Positions 1 through 13,400 of a DNA stretch of 64,000 bases are shown in pieces. Each line of letters begins with the position of its first letter. The first letter of the stretch is position 1. Made by a program: the position numbers and the translations under genes. The DNA is from Eledone cirrhosa. Its lineage: Eukaryota. A model generated the notes under the pieces. That model was not told the DNA's origin, did not search any database, and saw nothing but the letters and a program-made list of their open reading frames with translations. The stretch spans positions 30,132,001-30,196,000 of the forward strand of contig OZ024763.1 of the NCBI GenBank assembly GCA_964016885.1, read 5' to 3'.

Positions 1-264
1 TTATTATGTTCACGTCTCTTATCATCAACACTTGCTATGGATTTCCCTCTTACATGTGAGATACACGGTTTGTTTATTAATCAACATTTACTCGAAGATG
101 TGTGTCGGGACATCGGGCGTAATACTTAGTCTTAACTTGAGGACACCGTACACCCCTATATATATATGTTTATCCCGGGTTCAATCGGCGGTAACCACAG
201 TAAGTAAGGTACTCATTACATAGCAGATTATAAATACTTAATAAATAATATTTAATATAGAAAT

Positions 265-316
265 GGCTTCTACAGGACTAGAACTGTTTCATTCGGAAAA
301 AATCATCAGGAAAGCC
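265..316 (-). ncRNA. Type I hammerhead ribozyme motif (family shared with 16526-16576)
   Basis: Minus strand GGCTTTC-CTGATGA-TTTTTTCCGAAT-GAAACAG-TTCTAGTC-CTGTA-GAAGCC: core, 4-bp stem III, GUA site, stem I with one bulge. A partial inverted copy follows (to ~359). Confidence 0.65.
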
Positions 317-3300
317 CTTGGTATCTTCCGAATGAAACCGTTCTAGTCCTGCAGGAGCCACACACACACACACGTATATATATGTATGTATATAAATATA
401 TATTTGTGTGTGTGTGTATTCATAAGCCCAAGTGTCTATGATGATAAGGTCCCCCTATCTTTGTATATTTATATGTCGATGTCTATTTCCACATGGCATC
501 TCTGGTCCTCGATGTTGTCACCGCCTGCTTTACGTAGCATCTTAACTATCTAATATTTATTCAGAGAGGTTCTCCCTTCATATCGCAAATATTCCTTTCT
601 GACTCACTGAAAACTTGTCTTCCATCATCGAGTAAAAGTGATCTACATAAAGGATCTGTCTGATGTTGCTATGTATGTATGTAGGGACGTATAGCTTGCG
701 AGGGAGTCTTGGTGACCCCACGTTGATATTCGGGGAGTCTTGGTGACCCCACGTTGATATTCGGGGTGTCTTGGGTATTTTGTAAAAGCTGACTGATCCA
801 TCTCTACCCTAGATCTGATTACAGGAGATAAAGTAGGAGAAAGCAAGTAAGAAAGAGATATAGAAGAAGAATCGACCCCAGTACTACACTGGTACTTCGT
901 TTTATCTACCTCGAATGGTGCTATAGTGGAACATTAACTTTGATGTACCTATATAAGTCATACCTTTTCTATACGTCTGTGTCTGTGTATGTAAGTATAC
1001 GTGGCGTTGCAAGTTCGGTTTTCATAAGTATCTCTGTGAAATTTTAACAAGAGCAAGCATGTGTCCTGATGGTTAGTCAATCGTTTTGAAGCTGGTATAT
1101 GGTATGTGTTTTTAATATGTATATATATTTACATAGAAGTGAGTAAATATGAATGTATGGGTATGTATATACATATATAGACAGTCGATTGACCATCGTC
1201 AGATCGGACCGACGAAACAATGTTTCCACTGGTTTTTCCAATTGCCAATACTATCTATCGGTCGAAACTCCAGGTGGAAATAAATAAATTAATTAATATG
1301 TGTATATATATATATATATTTATTAAAATATATATATAATAAAACAAGGACGAATGGGTACACCTTCATTACGTTTATTGGTTCGTGGCACGCGTTTCGC
1401 TATTCATCAGCTTAAGGTTCGTTCTGTATCGATCTAGCCCGCCCCTGTAATCAATAACTTGTATATATATGTGTGTGTATGTATATATGAAATCGCCCAC
1501 GGGACACCCTGGGGTAATCTAAATACACAGAGTGTGGGGTTAGCTGGTTTTAAATGATTACCCCCTCCTCATATTCCCTTGTTTATATACAGTATTGTAA
1601 TACATGGCAACCTTAATACTTAATAATATCGAGATGAAAATATAAATGTTAATACAGTATTCCAGAAGTAAAATAGAGATCTAATGAGAGGAGGTGAGTA
1701 TTATAACTTTAATAAGAAATAAAGATCTAAAGACGAGTGAAAACTTTCATCAACGAAATCGTAATGTACACCAACGAAAATATATGTCTACAGAATACAG
1801 ATTAGTAAAATAAAGTTAGAGCAAATAAATGAGAGGTCACTTAACTTTACATATTTAGTTTTATTTATATCGTGAAAAATGTTGATCTTCAGATATTAAA
1901 TTGTGGATGTGATTGTCTTTGTCTTTACGTGTTTGTTCGAAATCCTTTTTTAATCTTTGTCCTTCTTTAAACATAGTCTTTTTTTTTAAATTAATTTTAG
2001 ATTATTCGTACCTCATCTCTGTCGTCTCTTTTCATGGAGTCTACCTGTCCTGTTTATTGGTTTTATTTTAAAAGTAATCCATTGGAACATCAGATATTAA
2101 ATGAAATGTTACGTAAAAGACACACCATATGTTTATTCCAGGTATTTAGAGAGATGTCCACTGACAACAAAATAAGGAAATGCCATCATCCAGTAAAACT
2201 TGGTAATAATCCAGTCTCGTCACAGTCACCATTTACAGTAAACAATGGTAAGAACAAACAAAAACAAAAACAAGAGAACTATTCAGCAGTTAATGAAGTG
2301 AATACATAAAATTAAAAAAAAACATTCCTGAATAAAATAAATTGTTTACTTTCATTAAATTGTTTCTTTACTTTCTTTTATAAAACACACTTATAATAGA
2401 AATTAAGCACAGCATTGTAGGTTCAAATCTTACTTGCATGTATATATAGGAACCACGTTTAACAATTTACGGGTACGACGTACTAAGCTGGAATGAGGTA
2501 TGACATTATTGCAGACGGAGTTGTTGTAGGTTCAAATCAAGCCTAGAGCAATGAGAAATAAAGTCTAGATTTACTTTATGACTTCAAGGACGTCCCGAAA
2601 AAGCCATGAATGCCACTACATCGAGTTTTCAACTGAACAAAATGTAGTTTTATAAATATTAATTTTCACAACGAATTCGTACAGTCCCTATAATTTGCAC
2701 ACGCGCAAAGTTTTTGCATCAATTTTTGCGTTTAAGTCAGGCAAGAGTTATGTTTCTTGGCAAAAATTTCAAGTTTGTTTACAAAAAAAATCCTTTTGTT
2801 TAAAAAAGTTCGCCTGAATTTTGACCAAAGATTTTTCAATCTTTTCACTTCCGGTTTCTGTATTTTTCATAAAAAACAATAAATATGCTAGAAATAGCAT
2901 CAAAGCAACGCATATACATGTATACACACATAAATACATATGTTTATTTATTTATTATGAGTACAAATTAAAGTTTAAGCAAAGAATCGCTGCTTTCAAC
3001 TTGTTACGGGATCGTCTGAAACAATAGTTTATTTGAATTACTTCCGAACAAAATGTAGTTTTATAAATATTAATTTTCAGTGAGTTTTTATAACCGTCTG
3101 CGTGGACTAGTGGAGAAGCTGGTCTGGTGTTCGATCTCGGTCAGATTCCTGAAACTGCTATTTTTTTTTTTCATCTTATGAAAATTTAAAAAAATTATAT
3201 TTCTCGAGAGATTCCTGACTGAGATTGAACCCCAGACCAGCCCCTCTACTGTCTCAACACCTACCACTACGGCCACAGTGACAGATACAAAAATATTATC

Positions 3301-3617
3301 AAAATTAATATTTATAAACCTACTTTCTATTTTATAGAAAAATTGATGTAGTGGCGTTTATCGCATTCCCAATGATATTTGTTTCTACTTTAATGATATT
3401 AATACTTCAAAACGGTTCACTTTCATTTTTATTCTTCTCGAGCTTTCATAAAATATACCTTCATATAATTTATCCTTTCTCTAGGGTTGATTTCATCCTA
3501 CAACCTGATGATATGCAGGGACATTCATCAATGGTCATACCTGATTATTATTATATAGATATATATATATGTGTGTATGTGTGTGTGTTAGATTTGATCC
3601 TACAATGTTGTTCTCAG

Positions 3618-3810
3618 TAATAATTGTTTCTACTATTGGCACAAAGCCAGCAATTACCCAGTACATTACTGGTACTTTATTTTATCGACCCCGTAAGGAT
3701 GAAAGGCAAAGTTAACCTCGGCGGGATTTGAACTCAGAATGGCAAGGGCCGTAACTCTATGCGTCAAAGCATGGCGTCCGACCCTCTACCGATACTGCCA
3801 ATTCACCGCC
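3618..3810 (-). mobile_element. tRNA-derived SINE, family A (full length)
   Basis: A box TGGCAGTATCGG, B box GAGTTCAAATC, central GCCTTTCATCCTTACGGGGTCGATAAAATAAAGTACCAG; imperfect target duplication TGT(T/G)CTCAGTAATAAT. Confidence 0.85.
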
Positions 3811-4309
3811 CATTGTGCTCAGTAATAATGGTTTTCAATTCTGTCTTCCCTCCATCCTTGGTGTGTATATAAATGTATATATGTGATTTCAACATACAAC
3901 GACAATATATACATCATTATAAGAACAAATGATTGCATCTTCAACGGCAATACAATCTATCGAAAAGAGAAATTGATTGAAATGGAAAACTTACGGAGAC
4001 CTCATATAGGATTTTTCGGGGCATAAGACTCACCTTATTTTGAGGAAGATTTAATATGCAGCTATATTTATATATGGCTTGTATATACATATATACTTTA
4101 ATCTTCGTCTTCGTAGATCGAATGTGTAAAATGCAGGCTGGTTTTGACAGCCTAATTTTGAGGTAAAAAGTCGAATTGGGAATATGAATAAATTTGAATT
4201 TAAAGGTGACTAACCATATAAAAGAAAACAACACAGCAAATCAAGTGATAGTAATAACATTTCTTTACCTAACTAAATGCTGAGACTTTTAAAACTCTAG
4301 ATGAATATG

Positions 4310-4660
4310 TGAGATACCGCCTAGAATATTGTTTTGGGCCATGGTCAACCGACATTGAAAGGACAGAAAAGCTCTTGAAAGAATCCAGAGAAAACAAAAC
4401 ATAAAAGGCCAGAATTATTAAGAAATCTGTCATTAGTACACTATTCCAGATAAATGTAAAGACTTGAAAATATCAACATTAGTTCATTATACCAAGGACA
4501 AACATTTAGAATTACAACTTTGGAGGAGATTAATCAAACGAGTGACGTGATAGAAATATTTAAAATAATGAAAGGACTTCAAAATACAGTATTGTGGAAG
4601 AAAATGTAAATATAAGAGATGACCATTGTACTATGTATAAAAAATACAATGCTCCTTACA
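4310..4660 (+). pseudogene. Decayed CR1/L2-like LINE ORF2 3' fragment
   Basis: Paralogous to 5770-6310 (ATTACAACTTTGGAGGAGAT...ATAATGAAAGGACTT). Confidence 0.55.
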
Positions 4661-5769
4661 TTTATCCCAGGTATATAGAGGGGTGTTCCGATGTCCACTG
4701 TTTGTAAAATGATGCAATAAGGAAACGCCATCATCCAGTAAACCTTACTAATAATCCAATAACGTCTCAGCCGCCATTTACAGTAGAAAATAGTAAGAAA
4801 AATAAAAGTCATACTCAGCAGTTAATGCAGTGAAAACAAGCAATACTTATTTGTTACTTCCATTAATTTTATATTTTCTTTTTTTATTGCAAACATAATT
4901 TAATTAAGATTTATTGAATAAAATATTTTTCATTAACAATCTATATATTTATGGTTAATTTCTCTCTCTCAAGCTCTCCATCTATTTTTATATATATATA
5001 TATATATAATTTATGTATATATAAATATAATAGTAATGAACGAAAGATATAACACGGTATATAAATAGCACTTTGTTGGGACCTAACACTAAACACGTGA
5101 TGTTCACCGTTATCAGCTAAACACATTGCCAGTTCGCTTTCTGCAGGAGTGAAAGAAGGTCGAATTATTTATACCTCTCACATACATTGTTTTATTCATT
5201 AGATAACAATATAGAAGATAAAGAATGAATGTGAGAATGTCAGTCTTTTAAAAGTATAGTTTATTATATTAGAGGAAAATCTTGAATTAACGATAGTTTG
5301 TAAAACTAAACTTAAAATGGACGAAGCAACAATTGTAAGACAAATTGTTTACTGATAAGAAAGAGAAATGATTGCATCTTCAACGGCAATACAATCTATT
5401 GAAAATCGAAATGAGATATTGATTGAAATGGAACACACACGGAGATGTCTTACAGGATTTTCCGGAATATATTGTTTTGAGGAAGAGTTAAAAATAGGGA
5501 TATACTTATACATGGCTAGTATATACATATACATTCAAGATAAGAATATGATAATTAAAGTATATAAGACGCCAGCAGGTTTTAACATCGAATATTGATA
5601 TAAAAATGTGTCTTTTGTTTCAGCCACCCCCAACAAATTGGGAATATGTATCAATTTGAATTTAAAGATAGCTAACCATCTCACAGGAAAAAACCGATTA
5701 TAGGAATGATGAAATATTACTTTACCTAGCTAAATACAGAAATATTAAAACTCAAGATAAATGATATCT

Positions 5770-6310
5770 TTGATACTACTTAGAATATTATTTGCAGGTA
5801 TGGTCACCCGACTTCCTCAAAGGACAGAGAAGCTATTGAAGGAATCCAGAAAAGAGAAAAAGCATGAGATACCAGAATTCTCGAGAAGAAAGATGTAAAA
5901 ACTTAGGAATTACAACTTTGGAGGAGATAAAGCTAAGGGGAGACATCATAGAAATATTTAAGATAATGAAAGGATTTGAAATTACAGAAGGAATCCAGAG
6001 AAGAAATAAGCATGAAATACCAGAATTATTAACAAATCTGTCTTGACAAGAAAGGTGTAAAAATCTAGGAATTACAACTTTGGAGGAGATAAAACTAAGG
6101 GGAGACACGACAGAAATATTTATGATAATGAAAGGACTTGAAAATCAGAAGAAAATGTAAGAAGAGGACACCATTATACTGTTTATAAGATACAATGCTC
6201 TAAATACATCAGAAAAAATATTTTTCTCAAAGAGATATTGGTGATGGAATAATTTGTTTAATCATGGAGTAGACGACACAACAGTAAATGATTATAAAAA
6301 GATATGACAG
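5770..6310 (+). pseudogene. Decayed CR1/L2-like LINE ORF2 3' fragment with ~150 bp internal duplication
   Basis: Translates to LEYYLQVWSP and LGITTLEEIKLRGDIIEIFKIMKGFE, typical CR1 post-RT motifs; frameshifted. Confidence 0.7.
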
Positions 6311-7919
6311 ATGAAGAACGAATGAATAGATTGAAATATTTGTGATGCTGAGTAAAAATGAGCAGAAAGCATTGCAGTGAATTTGAACTTGCTATGGCAA
6401 TAAGAAAACTCAGTAAATCTCGCAACACTTTAAAAATATATCAACTGGCTTCGACATAACTACAGTTTAGTCGTCACTCCATGAATTGTTAACGGTGAAT
6501 ATTTTTTCATGACAATATATATATCTTCCATGATGTAGATTACAATAATTGTTTCTACTTTAGGCACAAGGCCAGCAAATTATCCAGTGCATTACTGGTA
6601 CTTTATTTTATCGACCCCGTAAGGATGAAAGATTACAATAATATCGGTGAAATTCATTAATTTCTTTGAAATACTTTCATTATTGTATTTAGTTACGTTC
6701 GTTAAAGATTTAATTTACTAAATACTTTTGATGTGTGTTTGTAGTTGACTAAATATTAACTTGAAAATTAGTTCATTATGCCTGCCTTCCAATCTCATGT
6801 TGATAAAGTATAATATCAATCAGGATAATGTCATAGACTTTCTACATGATCGTAATGTCATTTCTAAAACTAGGAATTACTCGAAAAGGTGAAAATATAA
6901 ACAAAACACAAAATCGTAATGTATACCTTCGAAAGTATATCTCTATAAAATATGTATTATTAGAAGAAAGTTTTGAGGAAACTAATCGGATGCGAGAGGA
7001 GGGGCATTAAGCTATATTTATGTCGTGAAAAATGTCTAACTTCAGACAGTAAATTGTGGCTGAGATTTTTTTTCTGCCATCAAGTATTTCTTTGAACGTC
7101 ATTTTTAAATATTTGTCTTTCTTTAAAGATGGATTATCTTTTGTAAAACTAATTTTAGATTATTCGTGGCTGGTCTGTGTGGTTTGTTTTGATGCAGTAT
7201 CTGTCTCGTAGACAGGTTAAATTTGATGAAGTGAAACATGAGTCTTGAAATTGAAATATTGCGTAAAAGACACACCTTATGTTTATCCCAGATATTGCAG
7301 TAGATGTCCTGATGTCTCTTGTTTGTAAAGTAAGACAAAAGACGACTACCAGTAAACCTTGGTAATAATCAAGTTTCGCCGTAGCCACCATTTACTGTAG
7401 AAAATGGCAAAAAAAAACAAAAGGCACACTGAGCAGTTAATGTATTGAAAGTCACAATAAAAAATAAAACTACTGAATAAAAATGTCTTACTTTAATTAT
7501 TTTGTTTTCTTTATTGCTAACACGAATCGATTAAATTGATCTCAGTATGTGACTGGTACTTTATTTTATCTATCCAAAAAATTGAAAATTAATCAGGGCC
7601 AGATTTTCACTGAGATGAGAACCCAGTATCATTGTAAGTTCAGATATTACACTGGTATTATCTCTATAGGAATCAGGTTTAACAATTTACAGACATATCG
7701 CCCGAGGTGGGAATCTTTCACACAGACAGACACACGCACACAAACCAGGTATGATAGATTTAAAGTTAGTAAACATTATTGCAGACGGAGACATTGTAGG
7801 TTCAAATCAACCATAGAGCGATAAGAAAGAAAGTGAAGATTTAATTTATGAAAGACCCAGGAGAATGAAAGACAAAGTAGCAATAACATTGAGTAAGACA
7901 TGAATGCCACCACATCAAT

Positions 7920-8330
7920 TTTGTTGGAAATAGAAAAGAAGGTTTATAAATATTAATTTTCCAAGTATTTTTGTAGCCGTCTCATTGGCCTAATGGTAGG
8001 TATGAGAGACGGTGGAGATCCTGGTCTGGGTCTCGATCTTGACCAGAATCTTCTTAAAGTTAGGGGGTTTTGCCAATTTTTTTCGTCTTTTTTCAATGCA
8101 AACGTAAAAAAAAATCTATGGTAAAATGAAAAAAAATTTTATTTACTTTTTTACGTTTTTAAAAAGCCCCCTTATTTTAAGTAGATCCTGGCGAAGATTG
8201 AACCCCTGACCATGATCTCCACCATGATCTCCACCGTCCTATCATTAGGCCAACGACACGGCTATAAAAATACTATGAAAATTAATATTTATAAACCTAC
8301 TTTTCTGTTTCCAAGCAAAATTCACGCTGT
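7920..8330. repeat. Imperfect inverted repeat carrying two convergent tRNA-like heads
   Basis: AGGTTTATAAATATTAATTTT...TGGCCTAATGGTAGG is mirrored by CCTATCATTAGGCCAA...AAAATTAATATTTATAAACCT; a related pair lies at ~3050-3330. Confidence 0.6.
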
Positions 8331-9619
8331 GGCGTTCATTTACTTCTCGGTTTTATTCGTGCTACAAACGGTCGACCTTGTCTTTTATCCTTCTACGGCT
8401 TTCAGAAGCCTACCTTCTCTTCAAATATTACCTTTTTAAAAAAGGTAATATTTACAAATTATCCGCTGTGATTGTTTCATGTGTTTATTTTAAATATATA
8501 TATATGTCAATCAATTTCTAGTTGATATAAAATGCTCGGATCTATTCATTGGAATCTTTGAGCTTATTCAACGGTGGATATGGCGCATGTCTCAGACATG
8601 ACTCCCTTAATTTAATTTAATTAATTTTGGATATATATATATATATATATATACATATACCAATTTTGTAAAAATTAAATAAAAGTAATTCTACAAACCC
8701 AGCAAAAGAAACTATTTAAAATGTATCTCTACAGAATATGAATTACTAAGATAAAGTTGGGAACAAATAAATCGAGGATCACGAAACTCTACATCTTTAG
8801 CTTTTATTTATATCATGAAAATGTTGATCGTTAGGCATTAAATTGTGGATGTGATTGTCTTTGTCTTCGAGTGTTTGATTGAAATCATATTTTACTATTT
8901 GTCTTGTAAATTTAAGGGGAGGGGACATATGTTATGTTGCTTATAAGAAATAATGCTCTGAAGACATCAGAAAATTTCAACAAAATCGTAATGTACACCA
9001 TTTAAAATATATCTCTACAGAATATAGATTATTAAAATAAAGTTAGGAGTAAATATATCGAGGATCACTAAACTCTATTTATGTAGTTTTATTTATATCG
9101 TTGATCTTATATGTTGATCTTCAGACATTAAATTGTGGCTGTAATTGTCAATGACTTCCAGTGTTTGTTTCAAATTATTTTTTACTGTTTGTCTTCTTTA
9201 AATAAATTTTAAATTACTCGTACCTCGTCTGTGTGGTTTCTTTGGATGCAGCCTCTCTGTCTTGCTTAGTGCTTTTGTAGATCGGTTAACTCTGATCTCA
9301 TGGAACACCTGCCTTATTGATACAACAAAGATGTCAACATGAGCATTTAGTTAAAATATAGCTTTACTTTGTTTTTCATCTCTCTAGGATTGATTTAATC
9401 CTACAATCATGATCTGTACTGATATTCTTCAACTATCCGACTTAAATATTATATATTTCAAATCCTTTTTACAGTTTGTCTTTCTTTAAACATTGTTTAT
9501 CATTGTAAAAAAAACTATTTCTAGATTATTCCAGACCTGCAACCTGTAAAAACCCAAAAGGGGAGTACCATGAAAATAAAGTGCCCCAAAACGGGGAGAA
9601 ATGGGGAGATTTTACATAA

Positions 9620-9796
9620 CTGTTTCTACTTTAGGCACAAGGCCAGCAATTACCCAGTGCATTACTGGTACTTTATTTTATCGACCCCGTAAGGATGAAA
9701 GGCAAAGTCAACCTCGGCGGGATTTGAACTCAGATCGTAAAGGGACGTAACTACGCTGGAAAGCATGGCGTCCGACCCTCTACCGATACTGCCAAT
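9620..9796 (-). mobile_element. SINE family A copy
   Basis: Near-identical to 3618-3810, slightly 5'-truncated. Confidence 0.85.
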
Positions 9797-10476
9797 GAAA
9801 GCTATACCCATTTTCACAAGGGAAGACATCTCTCGCCCACCCCAAAGTTGGTGGGAGATCTCCTCCGTCGGAAGGAGAGAGTTGATAAGTCAGAAACATT
9901 GTTTATCATTTTTAAAAACTAATTCTAGATTATTCGTAGCTCGTCTGTGTGGTTTCTTTTGATGCAGTCTCGCTGTCTTGTTTATTGGTTTTAACACACC
10001 TGTCGTAGACAGATTAAATTTGATCTATTGGAACATCAAACATTGAATTAAATTTTGCGTGAAAGACACACCTTACGTTTATCCCAGGTTTTTAGATAGA
10101 TGTTCCGATGTCTTGTTTAATGGTTTTATTTTAAAAGTGATCCATTGGAACATCAGACTTTAAAATGAAATGTTACGTAAAAGACACAGTTTTTGTTTAT
10201 CCCAGGTATTTCGATAGAGGTCCCGATGTCCTCTGACAACAAAATAATACAATAAGGTAATGCCATCATCCAGTAAAACTCGGTAATAATCCAGTCTCGT
10301 CTCAGCCGCCATTTACAGTAAACAATAGTAAGGAAAAAACAAAAACAAGAGAACTATTCCGCAGTTAATGAAGTGAATACATAAAATAAAAATATAACTA
10401 TGGAATAATGATTTTTAAATAGGCAAAAAACTCAAAACTATGGTGGAAGAAGTTATTCAGTCATGTATATTTTATA

Positions 10477-13400
10477 TCATCATCATCATCATCATCAGGT
10501 TTAGCGTCCGTGTTCCACGCTTGCATGGGTTTGGACGAGGGTTTTCCCACTTGAGGCAAGAGTGGTTGTCTTGCTCGCATAGGACTGTCTGGCGGGTTTT
10601 CTACAGTTGGATGCCCTTCCTAACACCAACCACATTTACAGTGTGGGGCTGGGAGGTTTTTACCGTCTTGCCTACACGGCCACATTTACAGCGTGGACTG
10701 TGTGTTTTTTGTCGTGACACCTACACGATCTCATTTGTTTCGGCCTGGATGTTGAGGGACCAACATAACTGTACATTGAAAGGGGCGGTGTGGATGGGGT
10801 GGAGGTGGTGGGACGGGGGGTGTTTTGATAGAGATGCCTACTGACTGTAGTAGGTTTTTACTTTGTATTTAGGTAAGGCGGGTCTTCTCTATTACTGAGT
10901 ACCGCCAAAGGTCTCGGTCCAGTGACATTGTCTTGGAGAGGTGTAAGCGTGTGAGGTCGGAATTTATCAGCTCGTCCCATGTTTTTCTGGGTCTGCCTAC
11001 TCCGTGGCTACCGTCTATCTTTATTGCCCTGCACTTTGTTATACAGCTGTCGTCTTTCATGCGCATCACGTGACCGTACCAATGTAGCCTTCTCTCAAGT
11101 AAACAACATCTGATCCCTCTTATTTCTAATTTTTTCCTTAGTTCGTTTATGCTTTGCCGTTCACGTATATTACTATTGCACATCCAGCGGAGCATGCAAG
11201 CTTCGTTCCTCTCTAGTCTGCGTATATCCTCTGCACACAATGCCCAGGTCTCACTGCCATGCAGCATTGCTGTTCGTATGCAGGCATCGTATAACCTGCC
11301 TTTCATTTTTAGGGAGAACCCTCTAGCGGCTAATAGTGGTATAAGCTCTCTGAACTTTTTCCATCCAGTTCTGACTCTAGCTACTGTACTTTCAGAGCAC
11401 CCTCCCCCACTGCTGATTTTGTCACCCAGGTAACGGAAGCTGTCCACTATTTCTATAGAACCCTCTGCGCAGTTGAAGGAGCTAGTATTTTGTGGGCACT
11501 TGCTGCTACTTATTGCACCAGAGCACCGGCCACATGTAAAATCTATGTTCTTAGTTAGCTTACCTGTGATCCCACTACATCTTTTATGCAGCCATACTTT
11601 GCATTTGGGACATAAAATGGAGTTTCTACCTACGCCTTTCCTACACACTGAGCATGGCCATTTCCCAGATGGGACTGCCGCCATATTTTCTTTCCTACAA
11701 ACTAGAACTTTTGTCTTAGCCAGGTTAATTTTAAGGCCTTTTGATTCTAGGCCGTGCTTCCATGTTTGGAATTTCTTCTCTAGTTCGGTCATTGATTCAG
11801 CTATGAGCGTTAGATCATCTGCGTATAGGAGTTCCCATGGGCAGCCGGTCTTGAACTCCTCTGTTATAGCCTGAAGGGCAATAATAAATAGTAGGGGGCT
11901 AAGAACAGAGCCCTGATGGACACCAACTTTTACGCTAAACTCTTCACTATATTCGTTGTTAATTCTAACCTTACTGACTGTTTCTTTATACATGGCTTGT
12001 ATAGCTCTCACAAGCCATTCGTCAACACCTAGTTTTCTAAGAGACCACCAGATAATGGAACGGGGGACTCTGTCGAAGGCTTTCTCCAAGTCGACGAAAG
12101 CTAAGTATAGGGGTTTACTTTTAGCTAGGTACTTCTCCTGTAGTTGTCGTACAATGAAAAGAGTGTCTGTGGTACTTTTGCCTGACACAAACCCGAACTG
12201 CATTTCATCTAGATCAATTCTCTCTCTGATTAGTTGCGCTATTACTTTTTCCGTGACCTTCATGACCTGGTCGATTAATTTAATGCCTCTATAGTTACTC
12301 CTATCTAGGGCATCTCCTTTTCCCTTATAGCAGTTAACGATGATGCTGCTACGCCAGTCCTTCGGAACAACCCCATTCTGTACGACTTGGTTAACTATCC
12401 GGGTGACCATGGTGTGTCCCACCGAACCGGATGCCTTCAGCATCTCAGCAACTATTTCCGAAGGACCAGCCGCCTTACCCGTCTTCATATCTTTGATTGC
12501 CTTGCTTATTGTACTACCCTGGACTAACACTGCTGGTCCCTCTATTGGGTCGATGTGGGGGAGACTGTCTTTCTCCCATTTGTTCTCCTCATTTAGAAGC
12601 CTTTCGTAGTGACACTTCCAAGCTACCTTCTTATCAGCGTCGGTGATGGCAAGTATGCCATCATCGTTAAGCACACACTTCTCCCCGACAATATCACGGT
12701 TTTCCTTGACACATTGCCTGGCAATCCTGAACACCTCACGTTTTTGGTCCTCACGTTGTAGAACATGCTTGAACTTTCTTTCCTCTGCTTCCCTTCTTGC
12801 GAAGTACACTTGTCTCCTAGCTTCCCTCCTGGCTACCTGATAGTCTTCTCTACTTCCCCCATCCCGCCATGCTTTCCAAGCCTGCTTTTTGGCCTTAATT
12901 GACTCCTCCACCTTACTGTTCCACCACCATGTTACTCTCCTCCTACCTACAGGCCTGCTCCAGCCACAGACTTCGTCTGCCGCCGTCAGCAGGTTTGCTC
13001 TCAGGAATTCCCACTGTTCCTCTATATTATACGACTCTAATTGCTCTTCCTTACTGTCGAAAGCGTCAAGTAATATGCTTTGAAATTTATTTCTGGCTAT
13101 GGGGTCCTTTAGCTTCCATATTTTTCTCCTGAGGATAGTCCTCTTCCGCTGTCTAGTACGTCTCGTCCTGACTATGAGGTCGCTAATTATCAGTCTATGT
13201 TGGGAGGTGAATTCTTCATGGGGGAGGGATTTAGTGTTAACAACAGACACTCTGTCACGTCTTCTGGTAAGGATATAATCTACCTGGCTTGTGTGTTCCC
13301 CCGATCTATAGGTGATCAAGTGATTGTCTCGTTTTTTGAAGTTAGTGTTACAGATAGTTAAGTTATTTGCGTCGCAGAATTCCAGGATTCTGGAGCCTTC

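Larger units (their letters stand above)
1650..10400. repeat. Old, diverged local segmental duplications
   Basis: AAATCGTAATGTACACC-like block recurs at ~1757, 6911, 8983; GCCATCATCCAGTAAAAC-like block recurs at ~2182, 4727, 7348, 10262. Confidence 0.7.

Noticed and set aside
1388-1412. Hammerhead-like CTGATGA-ATAGC-GAAACGCGTG (minus)
   Set aside because: No stem II, G at the cleavage position and poor stem I; at most a relic.
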